Positions 35,851 to 53,600 of a DNA stretch of 64,000 nt are shown in pieces. The translations under genes and the position numbers were made by a program. Source of the stretch: Calcarisporiella thermophila CBS 279.70 (taxonomy: Eukaryota; Fungi; Calcarisporiellomycota); the NCBI RefSeq assembly GCF_041956535.1, contig NW_027192199.1:1-64000 (forward strand), read 5' to 3'. The notes beneath the pieces are model-generated. The model did not search any database, was not told the origin of the DNA, and was given only the letters and a program-made list of their open reading frames with translations. Within the stretch, counting starts at the first letter, position 1. Every line of letters begins with the position of its first letter.

Positions 35851-37114
35851 ATTAATTGTATCCGGATGGTTAAATATAATAAGTTATTAGTGTGAGAGTT
35901 ATATTCAATCTAGTGTTTACCGGAAAACGGTGTATTATGTGTTCCTATTTATATATTCGTCCATTAAACTTATGTGGCAAATGAAACGGGACTGATCAGG
36001 CACGAGTACTTAATTGCCTGAGTATTTTCGTGGGAAGCCATGTACCGAGTAATCCGGCGAATTAAAACCATACCAAGGTCAGAGTTTGATTGGTTTCCAG
36101 GTGTTGGTGTGTAAAATATTTAGAACGCGGATTTGCCAACCTTCCCATTGATAATAAACAAAAACCTGTAACGATTAAGTCTTAATATATGTAAGCGGTT
36201 GTAGGCAAAACTTAACCTAAAACTAATGCGAGTAAATATATTCAGTTATATTTAATCTCTTCGCCAAGAGACTCCGTTGCTTAAGTATATGATTCGTAAA
36301 GAACATATGCCCAATAAACTGTTCAAGATACACCAAATTGTGGTTGACATTTAAATAATATAGAGTATTTTATATATAGACGCGCTATAATGTAAGTATG
36401 AAAATTGTCTGGTAATAATCAACGAGGGTCAGCGATAATTCCATGTAAAAAATAATATAAGGTAGACGAGTGTCGTCATTATACTCAAATTTGCCGAAAA
36501 AGTGTATTAAATTCTGACTTTTGAAGAAGGTTTATATATCATTACATATATTTACTTAATCAAAATATATACAAAACACATTTGCCCCAGAAAATAAAGA
36601 GATCCAAGATAATATTCTCTCGATCAATGATCAAAATTCGCTACAATTAATGATTTATAAACCAGGAGTCGTTTCTAAGATTGGACATTGTCGATTACGG
36701 CTGTGTCCTATTTATAGGAACTGCTATCGTAATTTTCACAGTGGTAGGGTCAATCGCAGAAATAGCGAAAGCTTTATTTAATACACGTTTGCACTTCCAA
36801 AAGGAATATGAAATTAAGCCTTTGCAACTAGTGACGACCGAGTGGGAGACAGTTTGAATTCTATTTTCAATTATTATTAATTTTTTCCTTTCACTTCGAT
36901 ACTCGCAATTTATTTAATACTAGGCCAGAAAGTTGTAGTTCATTTTGCCAAATAGTATGGTTAATTTTGTTTTCATGTTGTTTGCTTCTACTCTTTTCCT
37001 CCAATAGAATGAGAGTATATATTTAATAATGACTGCTATCTTCGATTCTCAGTTCAAATAGTGGATTACAATTGTAAATATAATACCCATCGATCCTTCC
37101 ATGCTAAAATAGAC

Positions 37115-39880
<2,766 letters not shown>

Positions 39881-40037
39881 ATTCTTTGTAGATAAACCCA
39901 TATATTTATTCATTTATTAAAAAAAATTATTCTTTCTTAAAATCGAATTATGCCAATAATGTGTCTAATTTTGTTTTATTAATTATTTAATATTGAAAAA
40001 AATTTACAGGTAGGAGGAATAAAACTGTACACACATC

Positions 40038-41718
40038 TCATGATTGATTTTGTTGGGTTCTCCGTCTTCGCAAAAATTCCTCAACCAGGCCTTGATACAT
40101 GTGGTTATGAAGATCTTTAACACGCAATAGTTGTGATTGTAGTTGCGAGACTTGTGACCTCAGAGCAGCAGTTGATGATGAATTCTAATTGAAATAATAA
40201 GATTATGATTATATCGTTAAGAGTCTCAACTCACACATACCTTCAGCTGAGACAGCGCTTGTGCAGCTTCCCTTACTTGGTTTATATCTTTCGAATTTTC
40301 AAATTCTTCTACACTAATAGCGTTATCTCCCACGAATAACCATGGGCTATCATCAGTTTCTAAATTTGACCTAATCTTTTTGAATGGATTGATGGTCATC
40401 GATTGGTATTTGGTTGACTGTGAAGCCCCAGACAAATGGGAAATTAGCTCCGGTGGTTTTAAGAGCATATGGAGACTAGATATAGGGCCCTTATGTTGGT
40501 TAAAAGTACGCAGCACTTGACGGCTTGCAATGTCCCATACACAAACTACCCCGTCATTTGCGCCGGATACTAGCAAATTTCCATCTATTGAGAGAGCCAT
40601 TGTTGTAATTGGTGCCGAGTGTCCGCGGAAAATTTGTCTTGAATTCAAAACCTCCTTTCCATTAATATTCTCACTCGTATCCAATATCTCTTCAACACTA
40701 ATAACGTCACCGCCACCACCCACAGTTTCCAACTCATATCCACGCTGTAAGCGCTTTCGGAAAAGGTCTACAGAGTAGATAACATCGCCCGCAGCAGCAA
40801 AAAACTGATTCTCTGCAAGCACAAATGCGAGAGCTGATACAGCATGTGGAAACAGAAAAGTGGTAAGAAGCGCGCCAGTTCCTAGATCCCATAGCTAAAA
40901 TGCATTATGAATATGATTATAGATCTCATTTCCAAATATATAAAAACGTACTTTGCAAGTGTGATCCAGAGACGAGGTTAGCACACGTGCACAGCGAAAT
41001 TTACCCACTCCACAAACAATATCAGTTATGGGTAATGTGTGGTCTGACCACGCATAGTAAGGTGCTGGTGTGATATCTATATTTGCATCGTCTATCAAGC
41101 TGCTTAATAAATATACAGCGACAACAGCATCCTCGCTTCCAGACAAAAGTGCACTATCATCTTGTGTGAAACGTAGAGCTGTCACTTTTTTGTAGTGAGC
41201 ATCAACAACTCGAATAAGCCGCCCAGTTGCAATCTTAATAAAAAAATAAAACAAATAACATACATAAATACCTATCTGAAAAATGAATATAAGGAAATAT
41301 AAACTTATTTCGTACGTACTTCCCAAAGGTATATTTTGCCATCCTCTGTGCCTCCAGCGAAATAAACGCCACGCGCTGACGTAGCTATAGATACAAGCCT
41401 TTGAGGGAGTACCATTTTCATTTGAACTTGATCCTATTAATATTTAATAAATTTATTAGTCACGAAAATATCAAGTGTGTGTATATTAAATTATTGTACT
41501 TTATGCCATGCATAAACGTTTAGCACTGCCCGATCTATTTGAGCAGCCATCATCAGCCCATATCGACCTCCCGAAGCACCAGGTAATGAAGCAAGAGCTA
41601 AGCAATTAGGAGCGCATAAGTTCTGTTTGTAGGAAAAATGCGTAGTGGCAGAGCGAGGGTCCCACAAAAACGTAGTAGAATCGGTAGATGATGCCGAGAC
41701 AATGACTTCGCTTAACAT
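40038..41718 (-). CDS. IPI3: Pre-rRNA-processing WD40 protein Ipi3/WDR18
   Basis: DAHYKKVTALRFTQD..LLSGSEDA, WSDHTLPITDI, TSSLDHTCK, GHSAPIT; C-terminal coiled coil. Confidence 0.9.
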
Positions 41719-41786
41719 TATATTTAACAAATAAAGTATCTAGCACAACTAACCGTCGTAAAATCCTTAAAATTGTTTACGAGGTG

Positions 41787-41831
41787 TTGACTGCTAAATT
41801 TGACTGCTAAATTTGACTGCTAAATTTGACT
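41787..41831. repeat. 13-bp tandem repeat (TTGACTGCTAAAT, about 3.5 copies) in a divergent promoter
   Basis: Perfect copies lie within the 186 bp between the IPI3 and MRPL51 start codons. Confidence 0.9.
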
Positions 41832-41904
41832 TCACCATAATGCTGCGCCAAATTGATACTATTCATAAGGTAAACAGCTATTTTTGAGATCAGAATCAGA
41901 GAAA

Positions 41905-42452
41905 ATGACACTTGCGAAGTCAATTATCCCTCAAGCAAAGAATGGAGCTGGCGCATTTGTTTTACAATGTCGCAAAATGGTTTTTCATTATTGTGAAAGG
42001 AGTGGAAGTAGTCGGGGGATGATGTATGTACATTGGAATGAGATAATTATGTTTAGAAAAATGACTAAATTTCGAATATTTATTGATGCAATTTTAATAG
42101 TGATTACTTGAAGCAAAACCTCATCCAATTTGCTCGCGAGAATCCACAAATTGAAATTATGGTGCATCCACGACCTTCTCATCATCCCGTTATCCGAGGA
42201 TTATACTGTAAAATTCAATTATTACTGATTATCCGTTCCATCGTTAATCTAATTATTTGATAAATAGTGAATGGTCGGGATAAAGTCATTTGTGTCCGCA
42301 ACATGTCTCCCTCAGAAATTGGCGAGAAAGTTCGACTCCTCCGAGACTCTAGTGGAGCAAAGATCAAGCCTATGAAAAAACCCGTTATATCGACTTCAGA
42401 AAGTGTGCGTGGGATTTGGTCACCATTTCATAGCAAAGCTCATGAGATCTAG
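41905..42452 (+). CDS. MRPL51: Mitochondrial ribosomal protein mL43, 3 exons
   Basis: NGAGAFVLQCRKMVFHYCERSGSSRGM...NPQIEI...HPVIRGLY.NGRDKVICVRN...ESVRGIWSPFH. Confidence 0.92.
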
Positions 42453-42688
42453 TTCTTTAAATATTTTGTTAGAATTTTCCTGAATTAGTTGTATCATACT
42501 AGCGAGCCTCTCTGCTCAGTCTACTTGAAAAAATTGCTCTAATTAGATCATATATTTCTTTTCAGTTCAATTGATATATAAATTTCACATACCTTTTGCA
42601 CATGTGAAGTGACTGCCTTTTCTTTCTGCTATTAATTTTAATTCTTAACGCGAAGGCAATTAACTTCATAATAATATGCTCATGAAAA

Positions 42689-43842
42689 ATGGCAGCTATC
42701 AACGATGATCTTACAGATATTGAACATCGCTCACCCGAAATGTATGAGGTATGTATGACTATTGTAGCTCTCATACTTATAGGTCCAATAAATAATTTTG
42801 GGCTTTGCTAGTTCTTTGGTCGGCGATTTAACCGTCAGACTGTGATGGATTATTTTGCTCATTCACCCTTCTGGGATAATCAAAGTAACAATGCAACCCT
42901 TCGAATGCAAACGCAGTTTAATGATCTACAGGAGACTGAGGCCGCGCTAAAGTAACTAACGAATATATTTTGTCCCTCATTCATTCCTAAATTAAATATT
43001 CAATCTTTTTATTTGAGAAATATGACTGGTGTAGAATTTGTCGTTGCATATGAACGGCCTCCTGTTTTCATAATTCGCAAACAGCGTCGATATGGTCCTG
43101 CGGAACACGAAGTATCTGCTCCATTAGCCACATATTATGTCTTAGGAGCGAACATATACCAATCCCCTGATTTATATACTATACTGGCTAATAGAATGGT
43201 GAAAATATTTAAAGGCTACTAGTGAGATAAGAATACTAATAGTGGCATGCTTTGTGGAAATTTAGTTGACAAGTCTATTCCATATTGACAAAGCGTTTCG
43301 CGAATCCCAACAACTGGCCGAATTTCACCCTGCTTCTGGTTATTCTTGGAGGACTTCATTCGAAGGTGAAACTTCCAAGCCTAAAGGTATGGAGAGTGCC
43401 CACCCTCTAATATATTCATTTTGTGGACATACTTAATACATAATATAATTCTCTAGATTCGGCGAGTAAAGCCCGTCAACTTGAAACTCAAGAGTTTCGT
43501 GCCTCAGTCGATCGTGCAATCCAAAATTCGCTGCTGAAACTTCAACAAAACCAACAGCGCTTGCTCTCTGATAGTTCTGGTGTTTTAACAAATCCCAACA
43601 CAGGGGCTAAACCATCGGGAAAGCTTAGTGAATCCACAGTATGTTATTTTTACGCTCATTTGTAATTATACCAACGTGAATTAATTCCTCTAATACACAA
43701 ATAGTTAGGTGTGTCAAACGGCCAGACACTTACTGGAGCAACACGGTCGATGACAGATGACTCAATCATCAAGCGGAGAAAAAAATCGGATGGTGGAGCG
43801 ACTTCAATTAAGAAAAAAAAGAAGTCCAAAACTGAGGTCTGA
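42689..43842 (+). CDS. MED6: Mediator subunit 6, multi-exon
   Basis: DLTDIEHR.PE, VMDYFAHSPFWDNQSNN..LRMQ, MTGVEFVV...FIIRKQRR, YYVLGANIYQSPDLY. Confidence 0.92.
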
Positions 43843-44022
43843 AACTCTATTGTAGATATATAACTTGCTATTTTCAAGTTTTAATACAAAATTTATTATT
43901 AAAATGAACCTAATTATGTTTGTATCAACCGTAAACATAATCAAACAGAAAGTTTCGAAAAGCGCATAATTATACATTATATCTTTTTAGTCTATTGTTT
44001 TCTGCTCAATCAAAGTCTGAAT

Positions 44023-46906
44023 TTATGAGCCATAATTCCAGTAACGCGGCCAGTCCACACTCAAGCCCGGAAACTTAAGTTTGCAGTCGCTATCCTCGTT
44101 CTTGCTATTAGTACTGCGTGTGAGACTTTGGCTTTCAAGCAACCAAGCACTGTGTTCCAATAAAATTGTTTCGTATTCGTTAATCGCACGAGCTGCATAC
44201 CTATTTGTCGGTCCTTTTATTGTGCATTTTGCCTTTTGAATTGTAGGAAGCGACGTAGAGAATAGTGAATTTGCCGAGGCAATTGGGCCTGGGTGCGGAC
44301 TAACATCATTTATATGCTGCTGCTGCGTAGTCGTGTTATGGGACAATGTAATTCCGATGGGAATATCGTCTTCATCAATAATGTTTTTTCCTTTGCTCTT
44401 ACAGGATATCTCCCTGATCTTTTTTGACACTGGATTTTCTACGATATCAGAAACTCTTCTGCTATTTCCCTCGATTGATTTCTGGAGAGCATGGGCGTGA
44501 TCTAGTCGATTTTCGAGCACCTTTAAACAATTTCTATAAAATATACCGAAATGAATATTAGGAACAACACCTAGCTAAAGGACTTTCTTGAATACGTACA
44601 CAAGTAGACGATAGGTTTGAGGTGACCAAATACGATTATCATCACTAATTTTTCCAATAACCACTTCCTCTTTCCTTAGATCATCTGCTGCAATTCCCAT
44701 TCTTGCACCAATTCTTCCCACACGCCATGCGAGGACACGCATATAATATACTCGCACATTTCTGCACCAGTGCATAAACAATCGCGTGAAGATTTCTCCA
44801 TCGAGAAGAATGTCAACCACAAGCGATTGCAGTAATGCAGGAGAGGAAGTAAGAAGGGGAAAGTGTGTATAAACAAAAGATATAATTCTCAGGAGTGAGA
44901 TCGTGTGATCTGAGACTTGTAAGACGATACGGATCATACGGTGGAGAAGAGAAACGTCTATAAGAGGAGAGATTTCATTCTGCGCTGAAGTTGCCCTGAA
45001 ATCAACACAATCGAATTATCAGTTATAGCATCTCTTATTAAACTGAAAAAACAGTCTACCTTGGCCCGTATTCTACAAGAAGCATGTCGATAAAATCTAC
45101 GAGACAGAAAATTGCCTCTACATCATAGGCACTCGTGTGCATTATTATCACACGTACCCACACACCTATCATGTCTCGAAAAAGCGTGTTTTGGCCAATA
45201 GAGACTGCACATTCGACTAAACGTTTACATGCTGTCTCTAGTGACTTAGGTTTGCCTTGTCCCATTGCGCCTAATAATCCCCCCAAGCTGCCACTTTCAA
45301 CTGCGTTAATTTCATCTGCTCCTCCTGTGAAGCTTGTCGTTGCCATGTTTATATTTGCGCCGGTGCCTGATAAAGGAACATCTCCTACAGGCAGCTTTCC
45401 TACTGGGTGTAATGCGTCAAACTGTATAACTGTCGTTACTGCATTTACCTCTCTCCTCATTAGAGCTTGCAGCTTTCCTAAAAAGAATGAAGAGAGGTGC
45501 ATATAACCGGGAGAAGATGCTAGCATTGCTTGTGTCAGAGCACGAGGAAAATTGGTCGAATCCAGGATGGGATCTAGATAATGTTGAAGTACGAGATGAT
45601 AATACTTGTAGAACGCAAAAAAAAGTTCGCTATCATCGCTTCTCAGCCTTCTAAGCCAATTTCCAGAGAGTTCCAAGACGAGTTGGGTTTTCTCAGCCTG
45701 CGAAATAGTGTGTAGCCACTGCGATTGAGTTAGGAAAAAGAGGGAGGATAAATGTGGAGGAAAGGCTGCCGCAAGTCCCTGCCTGCACGCAACATCGCTA
45801 GGTCAAGGATATTTATGTTCAGATACACTGAAATGAACGCTAGTTTTATTCTACTTACTCAGCAATCGATCCAATTTCTTTATATAATCTTTTTACGCTC
45901 ACTCGGCTGATGGGTAATGCTAACAATATAGCCATCGCAACCCCTGGCAATTTGAAGAAGCAGAGTGCAAAGACTCTTGCGGAAAAACTAATTACATTTG
46001 AGTAAACACCTTTCTGATTAAGCCGATCAATAGCATAATCCAATGTCGCAGTTAACATTGCACGATATTGTAGCAGGAGATGATGAGAATAGTGTGACGT
46101 ATGCCAAAGCGGCTCCTGAGGAGGCAAAAGCCCAGAGCATATATCGCATGTAGCATCATTATGGCGGTCTGATAAAAGTACAATTAAACAACTCAGTATT
46201 GGGCGAATTAAATGGCAGTGCATTTACCAAATTCTTCAAATTCCCTCCTAAAAACGATAATAAATAGGTTAATTAAAGGGGGAATGTCACTTTGAGTATA
46301 AAGTGGTTGATATTTACCGAGATATTATAGCAAGTATGGTCTCAAAAAAATACGAACGTTCTGTGTAAGCAGCTTGAGGAACATTCTTTAGTAAAATATC
46401 CCACCATCCTATAAGGAGTGCGCGACCTTCTTGGATATCTTTGGACCCGCAGTCTTCTAAGTATATAATAATCTATTAAAATCTCTTAAAAAAAATTGAA
46501 TATCAAAACTTCTAACCAGGCATGTTTTTTTTCAACCAAGGTATCACATGCGTTTTTAGTATGTCTAGTTTCTGTCCTTTGGTCTGGAATCTACAATGAA
46601 TTCAATCCTCCAGATTAGATATAAACCTTACATATACTTAATTTACAAGGTCACTGCTACTTACCGCGTCAAAGCACGTTCCAAGGCTCCATAATCGCCT
46701 TCGTTATCAACATTCCCACCCCATCCTTTACCAAATCTTTTTAACCTTTCCCCCGCAAGAAATTTTCGTGACTTAGTAGCCTCTGGTGAGAGCACATCAG
46801 TAAGAAATGTTTGCAAAGAAGTGCATTTGGTGAATGGACGAGAGTTAAGTGTAATTGGGGGTGAGTGAGTATGGAGCGCATAATCAGAAATGCTAGTGGT
46901 TTCCAT
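44023..46906 (-). CDS. Conserved fungal protein, probably DUF1765 family, multi-exon
   Basis: WLRRLRSD...FF..YH; IIRIV...DHTISLLRIISFVYTHF; LFMHWCRNVRVYYMRVLAWRVGR; YA.RA..EY. Confidence 0.7.
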
Positions 46907-47673
46907 TCACAGGGTTTGTATAAGCGAGCTGCGTTGCGGATTATTAGCTTAAAAGATTTAAGTATAGGAAAAGGCAGTCGAAAAGAAAGTTGTATTTTAG
47001 ACTGAGAAAAGTAAGTATGAAACAAGAAAAAGAGCTAAGTAATCGTAAAGAGAATTACTTAGATTAGAGCATTTCTTTGTAAAAAAAAGGCAAGACAGGA
47101 AAAATGTAAGATAATGTTCAAGGGGTAGATAGGATTTGTCAAACGTGGTTTGCAAGTGGAGTGGGCGAAAATGTCGAGAATAAGAGATCAATTCCAACAA
47201 AAGCAATATTAATATTTGCCCATTTATCGAAAAATGCGGCTTGATTCTGGAATGATTTTAATACCCATATCGAGAATATGATTCAAGCGATTTAAAGAAT
47301 ATTGCAAGCATTAAGAGGTGGAATTGAGGTAAATATACACTTCATTACATAGGATAATAAATAAACAATCCAGCTATTATCCATATTTGTGGATTTCATG
47401 TCTAGATCAAATTAGATGTACTATATTGTTGAAGCTTTAAAGAACAAATAAGCGAGCATAGTATGCCTCAACCAGAGATTTTTTTCGCCTATCACTTGAG
47501 ATTTGACGACAGGTAATTTTGGGCTTCTCAAAATTTCGACAGTAAAAATTTGAAATATTTATAGTCGCGAATACGTTGAAAGAGACATATCAAAGAATTT
47601 ATAACAGAGCTGCAAAAAATCATATTTCATTAATAACAATGCGCAAATGGTTTTATTTCTTGCTTGGAATAAT

Positions 47674-50600
47674 CTACATAATTTCTGACCGGTTTCCTGC
47701 ATTATATCTACGGATAACCTCTACTATTTTACGATAAAACCAGTTTCGAATCGAAGATTGAGTGATCGTAATGAACACGCTTCGCTCCCGCCCAAAACCC
47801 GCAAGGAGCTTAATGCGAATCCCCGTATCCTCCGTAGACACCTCATCGATCTCCGCAAAGGATTTTTGCCACTCAACCACCAGACGTCGTGTGATAATAA
47901 GAAGAATTCGCTTATCTGTTAGCATTGCTATCTTTTCATCTGAATAAACTGAACAGTGAGCAATATAATCTTCATTCGCGTATTGACCATTCTCAATTTC
48001 TTTAAGCCACATCAAACCTAATGCCTCTCGTTGAGAATATGGCTAGAGCATAAAGTAAAAAATCAAAGAAGTTCCAGATAAATTCCGTTTATCCATAGAA
48101 TGTTTATAAAACATACTCTTAAAACTCCATCGTGCCCAATATGACGAGGCAATCGCATTCTATCAATGTCATTCACATCAAATACTGTGGTAGTATTGCG
48201 TATACCTTCAGACACCCCACTTGCTAAATCAAACACCCCCACAATGGGTTTTGTCACAGCGCCCACCAAGCCCCTGCCAACTCCTTTTATCAACCCTCCA
48301 AATCCCTCTGATTCAGCTCCTTCTAGAGGTTTTTGAACAATGCCTGCAAATCCACTTGATACACTGCTCATAAATCGATTTGCACCTTCAGTCACACCGT
48401 AAATTGCGTGGCGTGGTTTATTTCTGACCAGGGATAATCGACGACGCTCCTGATAATCCTTGTCAAGAGTAGCGGCAGAGAGTCCTAATGTGCAAATAAT
48501 ATTTTAAATCGTTTTTTCTTATTTAAGGCGTAATATAACCATACCTTTTCCAACACTTCCAGTAAATTTCGACAAACTATCGCTGACACCATATATAGTT
48601 TTCTTAAAAAAGCTTGCTGTCCCTTTTGCAATGCCTATACCCAAATCCTGCGGTCGATCTGACATGATAAATCCTTGATACGGTTCATAGAATATTGCTG
48701 CTACACCACTGCTGATATTATTAAATAACCCAATAGGATTGCCTAAGAAATCCGCGGAGCCAACGACCTTGTAAAGCTGGATCAATACGTCTTGGCTATA
48801 GTGTCGAGTAATTCGGTCTGTTAACTCCGGGGCCGTTACACGCACATTCTCTAGAATAAGTGCGTTGAGGCGAACCGGAGCATAATTGATATTTCCAATT
48901 GCCATAGTAAGTACATTAAGTAAAAATTTAATTGGGTTATGGGAGCCAGATCTAATAGAATTAATAAATAGCACAGCATCGAATTAAAATCATCTATATG
49001 CTTGTCGTATAAATTCATGATTTATTTACCTATCCTCCTCGCCATTGGTTCTGTTTGTACGCATGAATGAAAGATTAAGCTTAATAGGCTGGATATGAAG
49101 CATCTCAAAGTAAAGTTGCGAGGTATTTTCAATTGCAGTAGGCTCAGGGATTCGCGATATTTCGAGCCACATTCTATTAAGAATATAATTTTCACACATT
49201 AGAATTGAAGTTTAAAGGGGGGTTTGATTAGAGTTGAATTATGACTTACTGATCTCCTGGATCATTCCAGCCAGGCAAATCAAATTTAGTAAAATCAAGC
49301 AAAGCAAATAAAAAGTCCTCATCGATTTCGAATGTAAGCTCTTGGAGTAGTATAGTGCAATATTTCAAAAAGAGTACACCATGTGCTAATATTAAAAAAG
49401 AAGAATTAATATTATTATTTTCTATTGTAGTATGTGTTTAATTACATTCATCCTTGACCCTCATGACAACAGCATGCAATGTCGGGTGCTGCTCTACTTC
49501 TTGCGAAGATTGCGAAAGCAATGATGGGTAGAGAACAATAGGATAGAGTCCACCATAAAGTTGATTATCAACCTATATTCGTCCCAAAAAAAAGGGCGGA
49601 AATTAACTAATTGTAGCTACTTGTTGTATTACAATTGTTCAATTAAAATATTATTTTTCTTACCTGCAACCAACGCGCCTTTACCTCCACTGATTGATAC
49701 ATTGTTGAATCACTATACTTGATTTCAAGGTCGCTGATAGAAGCGTAAAGCAATTCTTGCACGTGCTTGTTTACAATCGAAAAACCGACACCAGTAAAAT
49801 GGATTTTTACGTTCAAATTTACAACGGAATTGACATTCACCTAAAAAATAATACGATTATTTTAATGTTCCTACAGAGTTTCTATTAGGAGCATACCACT
49901 TCAAATTGTTCGCGAGACGAGGTGTCCCTACTGCTTAGCGAATATAAAGATCCATGTGCCTTAGGTCGATATAAAGAAGATTGGGGTGAATAGTTAGAAA
50001 GTCGCAGAACCTGAGTGGGACCATCCGCTGCAACGTCGATTGAGAGGATACGAGTATTCTATTTTAAAAAAACGTAGTTTAAACAACAGACATAATTTTG
50101 TGAGAGTACTAGTGAGTATACCGAGCAGCGAAAAGGAGGAAGTGCTCCTATCTCTTGAAAGTTAACAGTACGTTCCCGTCCATCAACGTTCAATAATAGA
50201 TTTTTGCTTTTAGAAGCAGGGTAGTCCCAAGAATAGACAGTTTTTCCACCAGGTCTAAGAGTGAACCTGTGCAATTTGTCGCTAGGTATTGTTGAATCCT
50301 AATGCAAATTAGAGGTTAATTTACGACGGCCTTAGGTTTTGATTTATGTTTAAAGAAACATAACATACATGTTGATAAAAGGTTACTTCTATATCAGAAT
50401 TATTTTCGATGCGATAAGGCCATCTCCCTCGTTCCCAGTTAAAAACAATAAACACCGTAGCACCTTCTAGGAGTATGTCACATCTTATTAATTCATACTT
50501 TGCATGCTCATTTCGTCTCATTTTTATGTGTATTTTTCCTAGCTCCTGAATAGGAAAAGGCGCAGACCATTGATCGTTTGACCCATCAAACTGCAATTCA

Positions 50601-53600
50601 AGTTGGATCCTATCGGTATTTTGTCTGTTCAGAAGGAATGGCATATGTTCGTGGCTTTTGATCAGTGTCTTAGATGTGGAACCTAATTCTCGAAATTGTA
50701 AACCTTCCCTAAGATTATTCTTTAGGATGAACCGTGGAGATATAGTGACAACTCGAGTGAGCTTATACTAATACAAATTTACGAATATTCGAAACCTTAT
50801 TGTACACCGAATAATTGCTATAAAGAAAGTTTACCTTTCCGATGCCATCTATGACACTGACTCCCAAGTGTGCTTCCTTTGAAGAGGGCACCAGAATCGA
50901 TTGCTCTATATCGGTACCAACTGCTTCAAAACTCAAAGGCTGGCAAGAAAGTGTACGTCAATATTAAAAACTGTTTTAATGAAATATGATTGCAGATATA
51001 AGTACTTGACTCCATTCAGATTCGCCAACACGAATTAAAACCCGGTTTCTTCGATCTTTTTTTGGGTATGAGAATAATAGGGGAGGATACTTGGTTTCAA
51101 AATCAATAGAAAATTAGTATATAAACTTATAAGAATAATAAAAAACTACATTAGCTTACATTTCCATCGCCGCTTTTCTCCGATGTTATATATCCGGAAC
51201 TTCTAGACTGAAGAAACGATTTTATTTTGAAAGTTATGTCAAGTCCAGTTTTATTAAACAACACATAAGGGCTGTAGATGCTTATTCGGCGAGACCCTCC
51301 TGAATCTGGGATTTCGCTAAAAAAGAAATAATGTAAATAAAGACTCGTACATTTGATTTTATATAACTTACTGATATTGAATGCCGAGATTTAGCTTGAA
51401 ACCATTTGGCCCCTCCATTGTAAGAATATCATCCAAATTTAGATCATCTGAAGGAGAGATGCTTATAATTGCAAAATCACTTTGCAAATAATCTAAGGTA
51501 GAAAGCTAATAAATCACACATCAAATTTGAAAGTAAATCAGCACTAGCTCACCTGTACCAATTACTTTGACACTTAATAATATTAAGTGATTCAATTCCA
51601 CTACATGTAGTGGACTAATTCGGCCTTGGGTTAGATCACTGTTGAAATCATGCTTTGTTGTTTTATCAATAACGCGCATATTGATATCATAAGGAAGAAG
51701 ATTTTCGATTTCTATAGGAGCACTCAGACAGATAGCCATGAATGGATAGCGACTAATCATGATAAGAAAATACGTTTTTCTAAGGTATCAAGATTATGCA
51801 ACTAAATATGAAATACCTAGAAAGGCGATTTGAACTGTCGTATTTTCCAAATACTTGAAAGCAAAAAGGAGCATCTTCTCTTTTAGTGCCAGGGCATGAT
51901 ATAATTTTCACTGCTCCTTTGGTCGTAAAATCTCGCCAGAAGAGAAGCTGTGTACACCAATCGTATCCAAAAGATGCTAATTATAAAGATTATTGGATGA
52001 GAGTTGTAAATTTTATAGGATATATTCTATTTACCAGACGGACGGATACGAATTCGCCCTGAATATGCCGTTTCAATTGGTACAGGATAGTCTTTTCCGG
52101 GTGCAATATGATACACTTGTGACATTGTATTACTTGCCTCATCAGCTATCATCATATCTACTGTTAGATTGGTATTGTTTCGAACTACCAAAGTCGAGCG
52201 GAAAGTGACGAGCTTTATTCGCTTCTTTATGCGTATCTCACACATAATACGATGTGAGATACCGTGGAGTTGAGGACGCAGGGTAAAATGTTGCTCTCCT
52301 TCGCAATCAAGGGGAATGTCCTTGAGAGATTCCCAGTTAAAACCTTTAACTTGTACGCAAAGTGTGTTTTTTCGAACTGCGATAGTCTAGAAATAATTTG
52401 GAAAGCGGGGTTAAAGAAAAATATTTGTAGATGAATGGACTAAAATACCTCTCTACGAGATCTCCAATCGTCAAATTCCCATTGCATGTCGTCCCCATCT
52501 TTCAACTCATGAGAATTAGCTGCAGTCTCGATTTCCTTCTCACTCGGCGCTTTCCACACAACAATAGGATATCCAGTTCGATTGCGGATTAAATACGGAG
52601 CCAACGTGGTACGGGCAATCCTGCCCCTTGCCTATTTTACAATGATAATACTAAATAAAAAGGCTGCAATAAATCACATCACTAGTTTGACTCACATCTC
52701 TCTTCTGCTTGAGCTGCGCGGAATGCCTCAAAGCGGTTTCAACCATCGTATGTGATATATTCACCTCCATGCGTTTCTTCGAAGAAATTTCAACATTAAA
52801 GTGGCTACAACTTAGTGGTCTTGATACCTAATTGAAAAGTTTAAGGTAATTGGGCCTAAAGCAACAAAATATCATGATACACACTCGTAGAGAAACATTC
52901 CAGGGCTCCAGTAGAGGCTCCCAGTGCGAGTTTTTGACATTAAAAAAGTTTATGTGAGATTGCAATGAAACATTGCAGAGTAACTATGAAAATGATTTAA
53001 TAAATTGGAGGTAAGTTGATAGAAACAGGAACTCTGACATGGATATTTACGCTATTTGACCAGTCTGACATCTCTACTGTAAACGGGTTGACGACAGCAT
53101 CCACCATCGGAATATTGTGTATATCCCCAATTAATACAAGGCGAAATCCCTCAAATTTCGCTTTCATCTGTTAAATAATTATATTGAGAATTAAATAAGA
53201 AACATGTAAGCTAATTAAAAATATAAATACCATCTCCCGTGTCATCGCCACGTAAGGAACATTGTTATCGATTCTAGCGCTTTCAGGCAATTCTAGCTGT
53301 GGTTGAGGTTTTTGCGCACTCTCTGTATCTGCAATCAAGGATCCTCGACTCTCTCGACCCCCAGCCGTTGTACTAAGCTCAGTGGCTTTATTTATAATGT
53401 CCGTAATCAACATTATGTCACGAAATGAGAGTCTCAATAGCAATGGTTGTATATCCGCAGAAATCGTGGTTATTTGTGCATGTGAAACTCTGTTTTCTGC
53501 TGACATAGACACATCGAAGTTTTCGATAAGACTTATCGAGGATTCTGCGCGCGAATCCATACGGCATAAAAACATTCCAATACGGACAGCAGCCAGCGCC

